From Patescibacteria group bacterium (lineage in GTDB: Bacteria > Patescibacteriota > Microgenomatia > UBA12405), in the NCBI GenBank assembly GCA_018902845.1, contig JAHIPV010000017.1, positions 16,438 to 80,437 on the forward strand: DNA of 64,000 bases, in the 5' to 3' direction. Positions 17,829 through 27,619 of this stretch are shown here, in pieces. The translations under genes and the position numbers were made by a program. The stretch's first letter is position 1, and every line of letters starts with the position of its first letter. Under the pieces are notes generated by a model. The model was not told the origin of the DNA and did not search any database. It was given only the letters and a program-made list of their open reading frames with translations.

Positions 17829-19310
17829 TTATTTTTCAACAGATGAAATATTGGTTATCCAAAGGTCGTTTGAGTATATGTAGATTTTCTCCTTAAACCC
17901 TTCAAACTCTTTTACCAAACTAGACTTGTTGATTAAACTTTCTAAAGCCTGAGATTTTGGCAACTTCTGAGTACTTGATAAATAAACCACTACAAAAGAT
18001 GGCTTAATCTTTTCAATTTCTTCTTTTGAATTGTGAAGATCAAATTTATAATATGTTTGTTTTATTCCAACCCCAATACTTTCTTCCGTTAAAATAACGG
18101 CATCTTCAGGAACTAAACTATTTATATATTCATACGTTGCCAGTAAAGCATTGTCATTACGAATAAAAAACCTTTTGTACCAAGTAAAACTGTTAATTAG
18201 TAAGATTATGCCCAAAAATACATGAAGTCGCAATCGATTTTTCTTAGAATTTATCCAAGCAGAAAGGGCTACTGTTAAATATAGATACAAGGGTGTTAAT
18301 AGCATTATTAAGTATTGAGGTGCTCTAAGTGAAATTCCAGCATAAAATAATAATGTAGCCAATGACCAGCTTAATAACAGGGGTTGTTTGGGCTTGACTT
18401 TACCGACAATATGCTTAACCAAGTCTCTAACGACGACAAGTGTTCCTATTAACAAAGTTAATATTGTTGAAATATAAATCCAATATGTGTTAACCATGGC
18501 TTTTATTGCATCGGAAAAAGAATACTGTACCCCACGGGCACCAAATATTCCAAATGCCCTTTTGATTTGAACCATGTTTTGATCCAGATATATTTGACCC
18601 CAATTTAAATACATGACCAAAACATAAGTAACAATTGTCAACAGTCCAAACAGATATAAAGATATATGCTTTTTTGGATCTCGTTTTGTGAATATTAAAT
18701 TTAATAGAGGTACACCAAAATAATAGATCCCTGTATGTTTGTAAATTACCGTTATCGCTAACATAACACCCGACAAGATATACCAAATATTCTTTTTCTG
18801 AGATATTGCGTATGAGTAAAGAAACAACGAGATAATTCCAAGAAGTATCATCATGTTTTCCATCAAATTAAGACGATTGGTATAAATTAACCAGCCGTCA
18901 GAAGCCATTAGCAAGATTGAAATAATAGATACTTTTTTATTAGCTAGTTTTTTAAAAAAATAGTAGGTGAATAACAGTGCAATTGAGGATGCCCCGGCAG
19001 ATACAATTCTCGCACTAGTTACACCTTCAAAGCCCGTGTATTGAAATACTAGACTTTTTAATTTTGAATCAAACGGAGGATGATATAAATAAGGTCCATA
19101 GCCTTTTTTACCTTCTAATTTAATAGCGGGATAATTGTAATCAATATAGTTTGAAGATATTGAGGAATAGACAGGTTCGTCCCATTCATAACCTGGTTTT
19201 GAATCAATCTTGTACAATCTCAACATTAAGGAGATAACAACCACAAGATTTACCATCACCAGTTCAGATAGAAAATTATTATTTTTTAATAACGTTGTTA
19301 GTTTTTTCAT
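17829..19310 (-). CDS. GT-C fold membrane glycosyltransferase (ArnT/PMT-like)
   Basis: WDEPVY, YHPP, multiple TM helices, C-terminal extracellular domain. Confidence 0.8.
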   Translation of the reverse strand: MKKLTTLLKNNNFLSELVMVNLVVVISLMLRLYKIDSKPGYEWDEPVYSSISSNYIDYNYPAIKLEGKKGYGPYLYHPPFDSKLKSLVFQYTGFEGVTSARIVSAGASSIALLFTYYFFKKLANKKVSIISILLMASDGWLIYTNRLNLMENMMILLGIISLFLYSYAISQKKNIWYILSGVMLAITVIYKHTGIYYFGVPLLNLIFTKRDPKKHISLYLFGLLTIVTYVLVMYLNWGQIYLDQNMVQIKRAFGIFGARGVQYSFSDAIKAMVNTYWIYISTILTLLIGTLVVVRDLVKHIVGKVKPKQPLLLSWSLATLLFYAGISLRAPQYLIMLLTPLYLYLTVALSAWINSKKNRLRLHVFLGIILLINSFTWYKRFFIRNDNALLATYEYINSLVPEDAVILTEESIGVGIKQTYYKFDLHNSKEEIEKIKPSFVVVYLSSTQKLPKSQALESLINKSSLVKEFEGFKEKIYIYSNDLWITNISSVEK

Positions 19311-19314
19311 TGTT

Positions 19315-20388
19315 TTAATGTAGTTGAAAATAACGAAGTACTTGATCTGTTTTGTTTTTATTCATAAAATATCGCCATTTAAAAAAATGTATCGAAAAGT
19401 CATAGATCAAAGCACAAGTGATTGGTGGCAAAAAAAATGTGTAAAAGTCTTTTTCAATAAAAACATTTACCAACCCCGCGACAATCAGTCCAAACAAAAC
19501 AAAAGCTGGTATTGTTACAAACCCAATAAGTCCTTTGGTGAAAACGGTAAAAACAGATAGTAGCAAAATAAACAGACTTAACACCAATACTGCATGTACT
19601 TGGAAGTTTCTCCTTTTGGCAAATGGACAATCAGGATAATATTTAAGCATTAAAGCGGCACTCTGGCCACTACGCGATATTTGTCTGAAATACTGTTTCC
19701 ACCTTATTCGATGTTTGTGATATGAAACTACTTGATTAGTTACTAATATTTCAAAACCATTTTTAACTAACAACCATGAAATGACATAATCATCGTAAGT
19801 ACTGGCTTCTTTTGAAAAATTAAGCCCAAAATCCTTTTTTATTGAATTAAAAGCTTTTTTCGACAATAACAATGCGGTTGTTACTGGTAAACTTTCGGTA
19901 TTCCCAAAATTATTAATGTTTAATTTACCAAAAAAAGGAAAATCAGGATTGTTTTTGATTAAAGCCTTGTCTTGTAATTTTGAAATTAAGAGTCCCGAAT
20001 CTTCTTGCCAAGAAACCGCTGTTCCTGCTACAACTTCAACTTTGTATTGTTTTGAAAGTTTAATAGCAAGTTTAAGTGCGTCTTTTTTAAGTGTTGCTTT
20101 AGAATCAGTGAAAAATATATACCGACCTTTAGCTCTATTTGCTCCTACCCATCTTTTTAAATGAGCGTCTCTTGTGTAGCTTTTTCCTGGTTTAATCTCG
20201 ATATATTTAACTGTCCTGTTTTTTATGTAATCCCTTATTGCTGATCGAGTAGAATCGTTAGAAGATGCCACAATGATAATTTCAAATGGTCGACAAGACT
20301 GAGCCAACAAGGACTTGACCGTCTCCCTTACAGTAGCCTCTGATTCTCTGGCGGGAATGATAACAGAAATTTTATTATAAGTAGTCAT
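19315..20388 (-). CDS. Glycosyltransferase family 2 with C-terminal TM helices
   Basis: ISVIIPAR, FTDS, YDD, RQISRSG. Confidence 0.8.
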   Translation of the reverse strand: MTTYNKISVIIPARESEATVRETVKSLLAQSCRPFEIIIVASSNDSTRSAIRDYIKNRTVKYIEIKPGKSYTRDAHLKRWVGANRAKGRYIFFTDSKATLKKDALKLAIKLSKQYKVEVVAGTAVSWQEDSGLLISKLQDKALIKNNPDFPFFGKLNINNFGNTESLPVTTALLLSKKAFNSIKKDFGLNFSKEASTYDDYVISWLLVKNGFEILVTNQVVSYHKHRIRWKQYFRQISRSGQSAALMLKYYPDCPFAKRRNFQVHAVLVLSLFILLLSVFTVFTKGLIGFVTIPAFVLFGLIVAGLVNVFIEKDFYTFFLPPITCALIYDFSIHFFKWRYFMNKNKTDQVLRYFQLH

Positions 20389-20523
20389 GTACTAAAAAGT
20401 TTTGCAACAAAATATAGCAAACTTGAGCATTATACATCTTATAACAGAAATTTACAACACATTACGGGTTTAAGTGTAAAAAGGGAGTGGATAAGAAATT
20501 CTATATATAAACTTTAGATTCTC

Positions 20524-20880
20524 TTAGCTATTAACAGTCAATTCAATTTTGTCTATCCTTTTCTCCAACACTGAAACCTCGAAAGACTTAAGAACCATAC
20601 CTGTTAGAAAACCAATCGTATTGGCTACTCTACAATCTAATCTTCCATCTCTCACCTCATTTATCGTATCAACCAACAATTTGGTTACATCTTCCACTTT
20701 CTCTATTTTTATTTGTGGTAGGGGAGAAGACACCACCACTCTTCGATTCTGACCACCTTTAACTTGAACACTCCGTTTTTCATTAGCAGTTATGTCTGGA
20801 TTGTGAAAATAACAATAATCACTATCTTTCATGGCATTAGCCTGACATCGTTTTCCTTTAATATTTTTTTTACATTTCAT
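20524..20880 (-). CDS. Small Cys/His zinc-binding protein (HGGxSTG-like, phage/satellite-associated)
   Basis: C..KGKRCQANA...YCYFH...KGG pattern. Confidence 0.5.
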   Translation of the reverse strand: MKCKKNIKGKRCQANAMKDSDYCYFHNPDITANEKRSVQVKGGQNRRVVVSSPLPQIKIEKVEDVTKLLVDTINEVRDGRLDCRVANTIGFLTGMVLKSFEVSVLEKRIDKIELTVNS

Positions 20881-20941
20881 AAGCTACTTATGGGGGTACT
20901 CATTATAATTTACAACAGAATCAGCATCACATTCATCCAGA

Positions 20942-21145
20942 CTACCCATACCACTTCAAAAGTGGCAGAATAACAAGGCCGTGCTTACTTATAACCTCAT
21001 CCACTTTGCGCTCCACCCCTTCTTTGTCTTTGTAATAATTAACCCCACCTCGCTTGTAAGCAATAATTACAGTATCTCTTAAATCGTTCGTTTGGGACAT
21101 TATCACTTTTTCTAATTTATTAATCCTTACCGCTAAACTTGTCAT
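20942..21145 (-). CDS. Hypothetical protein
   Basis: ATGA overlap with the helicase stop. Confidence 0.5.
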   Translation of the reverse strand: MTSLAVRINKLEKVIMSQTNDLRDTVIIAYKRGGVNYYKDKEGVERKVDEVISKHGLVILPLLKWYG

Positions 21146-22170
21146 TTCTTTTCTTTTGAATTAAATAATTGTTGGGCAAACTTTGTATTCACCTCTTCCT
21201 TTGTTTCTGTTCTAGACTGTGGTGTTATTTCTTTAAACAAAACTCTGTTTTCTAAAAATTCCATTCTCACATCTTCCGAAGGTGACTGATCCCTAAAATT
21301 ATCTAAAATTAGTTGAGTTTTAACCTTGATGTTTTGACTGCTCTTGTAATTTTGATACGGTCGCCAAACTATCAGTGTTCCAGAAAGTTGAGACTTCGCT
21401 TGACCACCTCCATAAATATCTTGTGCGGTGGGCTTTCTTATAACTCGGATTGAATCATCAAAAATCTTGTCCGGCTCGTTTTCTTTCACATATTCCTGAA
21501 CCATTTTAGGTAGCTCGCTAATAACCACTGTTTCTTTAACGTGATTTAAAATAAAAGAAATTATCGGCCTGTGTTTTGTAAAATTCACAATTTGAGTGAT
21601 ACATGACATTAATTTTCTCCAATCGCTCGCTTCATTTTGTGAGATATAGGTGGTTAAATTGTCATAGATTAAAACATTCACCATTTTCTCATCTGCTAAG
21701 ATTTTTGATATTTGCATAGCTTTGTCGAAATCCACCAAATTCTCTTTCATTAGTTTCTCGGCTGAAACTCTAAAGAGTTTATCCTTTGTTTGTTTCGCAA
21801 AATCTTGTCTCATTTTGATATTTTCCTCGGCTTCGCTAACGGACAATCCAAACCACAAGGCCGTCATTCTGGAAGAAAATTGAAACGTGTTTAACTCTGT
21901 ATCTATAAAAGCAACTTTCTTGCCTTTTCCAATCATGTTTATTGCGATCTTCATCATTAGAGAAGATTTGCCTGACTTTTGAATTCCGGCTACCATGTAA
22001 CAACCACCGGTTCGAAATCCTTTGAGTTGTAAATCAAGATTTGTAAATCCACTCATTATTCTTGGTGGGTTTAACTCCTCTTGCTCCAGTTCGAGAATTG
22101 AATCTAATAAATCTTTTTGAGGCTTTAGCTTCTCGACTGCACTTCTTGCCTCATTGTTTGAATCGAACAT
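21142..22170 (-). CDS. DnaB-like RecA-fold helicase/ATPase
   Basis: SGFTNLD, Walker A GIQKSGKS, IDTE, IYDNL, IYGGG. Confidence 0.8.
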   Translation of the reverse strand: MFDSNNEARSAVEKLKPQKDLLDSILELEQEELNPPRIMSGFTNLDLQLKGFRTGGCYMVAGIQKSGKSSLMMKIAINMIGKGKKVAFIDTELNTFQFSSRMTALWFGLSVSEAEENIKMRQDFAKQTKDKLFRVSAEKLMKENLVDFDKAMQISKILADEKMVNVLIYDNLTTYISQNEASDWRKLMSCITQIVNFTKHRPIISFILNHVKETVVISELPKMVQEYVKENEPDKIFDDSIRVIRKPTAQDIYGGGQAKSQLSGTLIVWRPYQNYKSSQNIKVKTQLILDNFRDQSPSEDVRMEFLENRVLFKEITPQSRTETKEEVNTKFAQQLFNSKEKK

Positions 22171-22799
22171 TATTTTGCTCCTAGTAAAAATTTAACAGCT
22201 TGAGGAAACGGCATTTTATCCCTAAGCATAAGAAAATCTATTGAATCACCATGTTGACCACAACCAAAGCAATGAAAATGATTATCTTGAAAGACCGTAA
22301 AGGACGGGGACTTTTCATCATGGAACGGACAACAAAAGACCAAATTGCCACCCATGCGCCTAGGGTTCTCGTTTATTAAATTTTCTATCCTCGATTCTCT
22401 CGCAATCTCTATGTCGGTTTCCGTTAAGTTGTCACAACGCCGTGACATTTGTTCCTGATACAAAGCTCGTCTATACCAACCTATTTTCTTTTTTAGTTCG
22501 ATTAGCCTCTTTCCTGGTGCATGGATTATGTATTCGTCATAAATCAACCTCCATATTTTGTCACTAACACAATTTTCTAAGACTTCATAACACGATTTGA
22601 TTCGAGCCTCTACATTCTCTTTTTCCAATTCGGCCTCGAGCAATAATTCGTTAACTCTTTTTTCCATCTCCGGAAAAGCTAACATCCATTCGTGAGGAGA
22701 TTGTGCCAAGTCTTGCAGAATCTTTTCTCTCCACCCTCTCCCTAATTCATCAATGTAGCCTAGATGTTCCGTCATTTGAGTCCTCCTAACAAATGCCAC
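22170..22799 (-). CDS. CHC2 zinc-finger protein (primase Zn-binding domain, no TOPRIM)
   Basis: CPFHDEKSPSF, HCFGCG, GDSIDF at the C terminus. Confidence 0.85.
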   Translation of the reverse strand: MAFVRRTQMTEHLGYIDELGRGWREKILQDLAQSPHEWMLAFPEMEKRVNELLLEAELEKENVEARIKSCYEVLENCVSDKIWRLIYDEYIIHAPGKRLIELKKKIGWYRRALYQEQMSRRCDNLTETDIEIARESRIENLINENPRRMGGNLVFCCPFHDEKSPSFTVFQDNHFHCFGCGQHGDSIDFLMLRDKMPFPQAVKFLLGAK

Positions 22800-23269
22800 A
22801 TCTTATCTTCTGAAATAATTTTAGACTTGAGGAGTGTTTTTTCTTCAAAAGCTGTTTTTAATTCCGTTGTCTTTATTGGTTTTAATGTATTGTCGGTAAC
22901 TCGTCCACACTTCGTACCTACTTCCGCACTTCTCACTTCCGCACTTCGGGAGTTAAGTGCATAGGAGTTCCGCACTTTAGGTGGTTGAGAAAGTAAAGGT
23001 GCATAGGAGTTCCGCACTTCGTAAATATTTACCATACCACCCTGTATAGTCTTTTCTCCAACTTTCTCAAATAACCCTGTTCTCTTAATAGCTGATACCA
23101 CTGTCTTGTCTGATACATGCGCCATCTTGGCAATTGTCCTGTGTGAGGCATAACACTGACCTAAACCATTATCTGAAAATGAAAACATAGCAAGCAAAAC
23201 AGCTATATCCTCTACCCTGCCGGTAAGAGTTAGTAGTCTGGGGTCAATTCGAATGATAAAACTATTCAT
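22772..23269 (-). CDS. Putative replication initiator with N-terminal winged HTH
   Basis: CYASHRTIAKMAHVSDKTV HTH typical of phage initiators; internal direct repeats; upstream of the Zn-finger and helicase genes. Confidence 0.6.
   Translation of the reverse strand: MNSFIIRIDPRLLTLTGRVEDIAVLLAMFSFSDNGLGQCYASHRTIAKMAHVSDKTVVSAIKRTGLFEKVGEKTIQGGMVNIYEVRNSYAPLLSQPPKVRNSYALNSRSAEVRSAEVGTKCGRVTDNTLKPIKTTELKTAFEEKTLLKSKIISEDKMWHLLGGLK
22904..23019. repeat. Iteron-like direct repeats (putative origin)
   Basis: TTCCGCACTT at 22922, 22937, 22968 and 23010; 21-bp GTGCATAGGAGTTCCGCACTT at 22957 and 22999. Confidence 0.75.
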
Positions 23270-23292
23270 TTTACATTTCTAATGACCCAGCG

Positions 23293-23529
23293 CTAGGTCA
23301 CCTGATAAATGCGACTTTTTAACTCGTTAATGGTCTCAATCAAGTCCCTTGCCTCTGGTCGGACACCATCACGATCCCAATATCGCTTCAATAATTCTTC
23401 TGCCGTTCCCTTATCGTCCTGAAATACAAAATTGACAAACTTGGCATTTTGTTTCTCAAGCCGAAGTAACGAAAATTTCATTACCTTTAAAACTACCGCA
23501 CTGTAAAAATCGTTCGTTATATATTCCAT
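23293..23529 (-). CDS. DUF5659-like small protein
   Basis: T.DFY.A..L and LKSRIY pattern recalled from mobile-element replication modules. Confidence 0.55.
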   Translation of the reverse strand: MEYITNDFYSAVVLKVMKFSLLRLEKQNAKFVNFVFQDDKGTAEELLKRYWDRDGVRPEARDLIETINELKSRIYQVT

Positions 23530-23637
23530 TTTCTTTTTTAATTAATAAATCTTTGTCATCAAGTAAATCACCAAAATACAGGCAAATTCTTTTGATAACA
23601 CTTTTCTTTAAAACCGGTGAAAGATTGGTAGTTATTA

Positions 23638-23835
23638 TCATTTCTTTCTGTCTTTCGGCCAAAATCTTGTAAGGTGATCCCAATATTTTTTAGACACTAA
23701 AATATCTCTCACCGAAGCAGGAACTTGAGAATCCAAGGTTAATTCTTCATCGGCACGCAAAAAAAGACCGGATTGTGTTAGTAATAGGTGAGCAATATCT
23801 TGAGTAAGGTTATTTGAAATTCTTCCTTTTATCAT
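23638..23835 (-). CDS. Hypothetical protein
   Basis: Co-oriented small ORF in the replication operon. Confidence 0.4.
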   Translation of the reverse strand: MIKGRISNNLTQDIAHLLLTQSGLFLRADEELTLDSQVPASVRDILVSKKYWDHLTRFWPKDRKK

Positions 23836-23890
23836 TAGATATAGTCTAAAGATGCGAGAAAGGTTAGTTAAACAGGAAATGCGTGGTTAG

Positions 23891-25006
23891 CTAATCATCA
23901 CGACGAGTCTGTTTTTCCTTGGAATGAAGGACGATAAATAAACAATGTTTGTAGTTCTTTCTCAGTCCGTATTTCTTAATACTCACATCGTATAACTCGA
24001 AGTTCGATCTTAATCTCCTACTTAATGATCCCAGGGTGGAACAGATCTGCCTTGAATCGATCCCTGTTTTTGCAAACAACTCTTTTTCCGAGATTCCTTC
24101 TTTTCCCGACTGGATAAGCATTTTAATAACTTCTTCCCTGTCAGTATTTTCGCCTTCGGCAAGTTGTTTACTTGACGACTTTTCAGGATAAAACGATAAA
24201 TTTTCTTCTCCGATGGTTAAGTTGTGATTTTTCATTTCTAGCTTGCGAGGCCAACAGGCAAGTTCGTATGCAGGTATTTTTGCGTATTCACAGGGAATTG
24301 TTTCTTTAACTTTTTGAGAGGAACGATAGTCAAATAAGTAGTCTGCGATTTTGTTTAGATAAATTAAACATTCCTGCTTCTTAAACACTTTTGCCCACCG
24401 TGTGAGACTAAGCAAGTGGTTTTCTCCTTTGCACATTGATACTATTTGGTTCACCATTCCCATAGCACCCCATACAGAATCATTGTGTTGTCTTTTTGTT
24501 TCTTCCTTATCATCAAGTAATTTAAGATAGTAATCATGAAGTTTTCCTGAAACTTGAGGTATTCTCTCCTGTATTCTTTGTATGTAATATGGAGCAACAA
24601 TTTTTTTATACTTTGTAAGAGCCAGTTCTTCGATAAAATGGATGAGGGCGTAATACAAATCCAACACATAAGACACTTTCTCCCTATCCATCCTTTTAAG
24701 TTGGTTTAGATGTTTTGCTGTTGTAGGAGATAGGTCTTTTGAAAGAATTTTGTGTTTTTTTATATCTGCCCAAACCCTCATACACTCATTAAACAAACTT
24801 GAAAGAGATTTTCTTTGCTCATCTTCGGCTTGATCTCTAAGAACTTCTAAGTTTAAAAGTTGAATATCAAATTCCTTTCCGTTCTGAATCCATTCCCCAA
24901 GTCGCCCAACTTCCTTTAAAAAAAGAAAAGAATCATCTACTGGAAGAAGATTCTTTATCCTAACACGTAGTTCTTTTACTAGTAAGTTTGATCTGTTCTT
25001 ATCCAT
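23891..25006 (-). CDS. Hypothetical protein with possible C-terminal winged HTH (candidate regulator)
   Basis: GISEKELFAKTGIDSRQICSTLGSLSRRL helix-turn-helix-like segment; divergent from xis-int. Confidence 0.5.
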   Translation of the reverse strand: MDKNRSNLLVKELRVRIKNLLPVDDSFLFLKEVGRLGEWIQNGKEFDIQLLNLEVLRDQAEDEQRKSLSSLFNECMRVWADIKKHKILSKDLSPTTAKHLNQLKRMDREKVSYVLDLYYALIHFIEELALTKYKKIVAPYYIQRIQERIPQVSGKLHDYYLKLLDDKEETKRQHNDSVWGAMGMVNQIVSMCKGENHLLSLTRWAKVFKKQECLIYLNKIADYLFDYRSSQKVKETIPCEYAKIPAYELACWPRKLEMKNHNLTIGEENLSFYPEKSSSKQLAEGENTDREEVIKMLIQSGKEGISEKELFAKTGIDSRQICSTLGSLSRRLRSNFELYDVSIKKYGLRKNYKHCLFIVLHSKEKQTRRDD

Positions 25007-25045
25007 CTTCCATTTTATATTTTATATGCTAACCTATACTAACAT

Positions 25046-25291
25046 ATGCAAAACTCAAATAAAATAACATTCTCTAACCCAACCTTCACTCCAACCTCTC
25101 CAAGAACGTGGCCACCCTTATTAACACTCACTCAAGCTTCTCTAATACTCAATATAAGTGAACACACTATCAGAAGATGGGTTAATAAAGAAAAGAGGCT
25201 AGAAGCCACCAGGGTAAGCACAAGAGGAGATATGAGATTCAAAAAAGAGGACATTCTAAAAATAATCCAAGAAGGCATTAAAAAAATATGA
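25046..25291 (+). CDS. Excisionase-like HTH_17 protein (candidate directionality factor)
   Basis: LLTLTQASLILNISEHTIRRW...GDMRFKKEDI; directly upstream of the recombinase. Confidence 0.75.
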   Translation: MQNSNKITFSNPTFTPTSPRTWPPLLTLTQASLILNISEHTIRRWVNKEKRLEATRVSTRGDMRFKKEDILKIIQEGIKKI

Positions 25292-25300
25292 AAATGAAAA

Positions 25301-26863
25301 ATGAGAGTAGCAAGCTACAGTAGGGTTTCAACATCATCACAAGCACAAAAAGACAAGGTTTCAATTGAGATGCAGGTAGATTGGGCCAAGAAAATCTGTC
25401 AAGAAAAAAATTGGCAATATGTAAAGAAATACATCGAACCAGGAGTGATAGGGGAGACTGAATTTGAAGAAAGACAAGCAGGAGGCCAATTGCTTAAAGA
25501 CGCCAAACAAAAATTTTTTGACTTAGTACTTTTCTATCACTCATCTCGTCTTGCCAGAGAACCAGATATTGGACTTCGAACAATCAGACTTTTAGGGCAA
25601 AACAAAATACAGGTCTATTTTGGAAATTCACCAACCGAACCGGTAGCACCAGAAAAATATGTTTACGGCAACAATGTTTCATCAATGTTTATGAACGCCT
25701 TCTCCCTTGTTACTGATCTAAAAGATAACTATGAAAGGGCAGAAAAATTTCATGGGGCATTGCGTAAGATAGCCTCAAGAGGAATATTCCCTATCAGGGT
25801 TCCATTCGGATACAAAAGAATCTTTGTAGTCAAGAATGGCAAACCCACACGAAAAATTGTCACCGTTCCCGAAGACGCAATTATTATAAAAATGATTTTT
25901 GACCTCTACGATATAGAGAAGAAATCGATCAGATCTATCGCCCATCACCTCAACACTGTTGATATCAAATCACCTAGCGGGAAAACAGGCCTAGAAGCTT
26001 GGACACACCGAGCTGTAAGATATATTCTCAAAAACCCTACCTACACAGGCCTTATCCGATGGGGAAGAATGAAAGGCAGAAAATACCAACAAGAAAGAAG
26101 CATATCTGGTGCTGTAAAAAGAATTCACGCCAACAAAGATGAAATAATTTTAGCCAAAGGCACACATGAAGTTCTAATTAATAAAAAACAATTTAATAGG
26201 GTTCAAGCAAGACTTCAATTAAGAGGAAAAATTCCTGGAAGATCAATCGGTTCCCCAGGATTATTATCAGGTTTGGTATTTTGTGGCCGATGTAAAAAAA
26301 GAGCTTATTTTGTCACCAAAAGAGACAAGAACTCCTTGTATACCAAATACGTTTGCCGAAGTTATGTTTACTTCAAAACTTGTAGGGGATACATCATCTC
26401 TGCCCCAAAACTCGATAAAATTGTCATCAACGAAATAGCAAAACTAACCAAAGGAGCAGAAACACCAAACAAATACATCAATGCTAGTGTAAAAAATAAA
26501 ATAAAAAATCTAAAAGACACCCAAAGTAAACTAAAAAACTCACTTGAATCAAACATCAAAAAACAAAACCGAATATTCAAAGCTTACGAAAATGAAGTCA
26601 TCAACCTTACAGAATTTTCAGAGGAAAAAAAACAACTAGATAAAGACAACCTCCGATTAACCATGGAAGTTGAAAACATAGACAAAGAGATACAAGAATT
26701 TGATGATAAAAAGGACAAAAGCAAAAATTTTAAAAAACTAATCAAAAATTTCCCAAAAACATTTGCAAAAATATCACCAGAAAAACAAAAGTCTTTAATC
26801 CATCAACTTATCGAAAAAATAACTGTCAACGGGGAATCAGTCCACATCGAATATCGGGTTTAA
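25301..26863 (+). CDS. Large serine recombinase (integrase)
   Basis: YSRVST catalytic Ser, SRLAR, PFGY, LKNPTYTG, LSGLVFCGRC..YVC zinc ribbon, coiled coil. Confidence 0.93.
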   Translation: MRVASYSRVSTSSQAQKDKVSIEMQVDWAKKICQEKNWQYVKKYIEPGVIGETEFEERQAGGQLLKDAKQKFFDLVLFYHSSRLAREPDIGLRTIRLLGQNKIQVYFGNSPTEPVAPEKYVYGNNVSSMFMNAFSLVTDLKDNYERAEKFHGALRKIASRGIFPIRVPFGYKRIFVVKNGKPTRKIVTVPEDAIIIKMIFDLYDIEKKSIRSIAHHLNTVDIKSPSGKTGLEAWTHRAVRYILKNPTYTGLIRWGRMKGRKYQQERSISGAVKRIHANKDEIILAKGTHEVLINKKQFNRVQARLQLRGKIPGRSIGSPGLLSGLVFCGRCKKRAYFVTKRDKNSLYTKYVCRSYVYFKTCRGYIISAPKLDKIVINEIAKLTKGAETPNKYINASVKNKIKNLKDTQSKLKNSLESNIKKQNRIFKAYENEVINLTEFSEEKKQLDKDNLRLTMEVENIDKEIQEFDDKKDKSKNFKKLIKNFPKTFAKISPEKQKSLIHQLIEKITVNGESVHIEYRV

Positions 26864-26994
26864 AATAAAGACTAAAACCATTCCATTCTCTAAACATAAT
26901 TTGTTCAATACATAAAAATAGTAATATGCTTTTTTTCAGCCATAAGCATCTCCATTGTCATTTTCATTCTTCCCAATTTTACTAAGTATTGTTT

Positions 26995-27507
26995 TTATAT
27001 TCCTTTTACTGAAGCATAGCTCACCATTTGGACAATCAAAGAAGTATCGTTGACTAATTGCCCTTTTTCTTGATAAAGATTTTTTATTTTGTAACCCATG
27101 TTTATTGCCACTAGTCTGGTCATATAATCGGGGGACCAATAATAACAAGTAACCTGATTGCATTTTTCTTTTCTCACAATCATTTTCACCTTAAATCCAG
27201 CTGGCCATTCAATTATTCTTCTTATTTGTTGATTAGTTAATACAGCATCAAATTTAATCATCTTCAGCTTGACCGCTCCAATCAGTTCTTCATGTTTTTT
27301 GGCAATTGACTTATCAGGCATAATTTTTGCCAGCTCCTCTTGGAATCCTTTTGTTCTGGTTACTAATTTAGGCTTTCGGGATGTTTGTTGTGAATAGCCC
27401 GATTCTTTTAAAATTTTACCCATCGGGACAATTTTCTTACCCCCCGAATTTCGGATATTTTCGGATAACTTCTGGACCGCTATTTTTTGACGTATTGTAG
27501 AGGACAT
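26995..27507 (-). CDS. Terminase small subunit-like HTH protein
   Basis: TIRQK..., SGYSQQTSRKP N-terminal pattern resembling TerS. Confidence 0.45.
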   Translation of the reverse strand: MSSTIRQKIAVQKLSENIRNSGGKKIVPMGKILKESGYSQQTSRKPKLVTRTKGFQEELAKIMPDKSIAKKHEELIGAVKLKMIKFDAVLTNQQIRRIIEWPAGFKVKMIVRKEKCNQVTCYYWSPDYMTRLVAINMGYKIKNLYQEKGQLVNDTSLIVQMVSYASVKGI

Positions 27508-27619
27508 ATCTAATTATCCCACAATTAAATTTCAGCTAAAATACAACACAGGTACAAACAGTCCCAAAAGGGTATAATTCAAACAACAAGGCGAATTATT
27601 AATATTAATATGAAAACCC

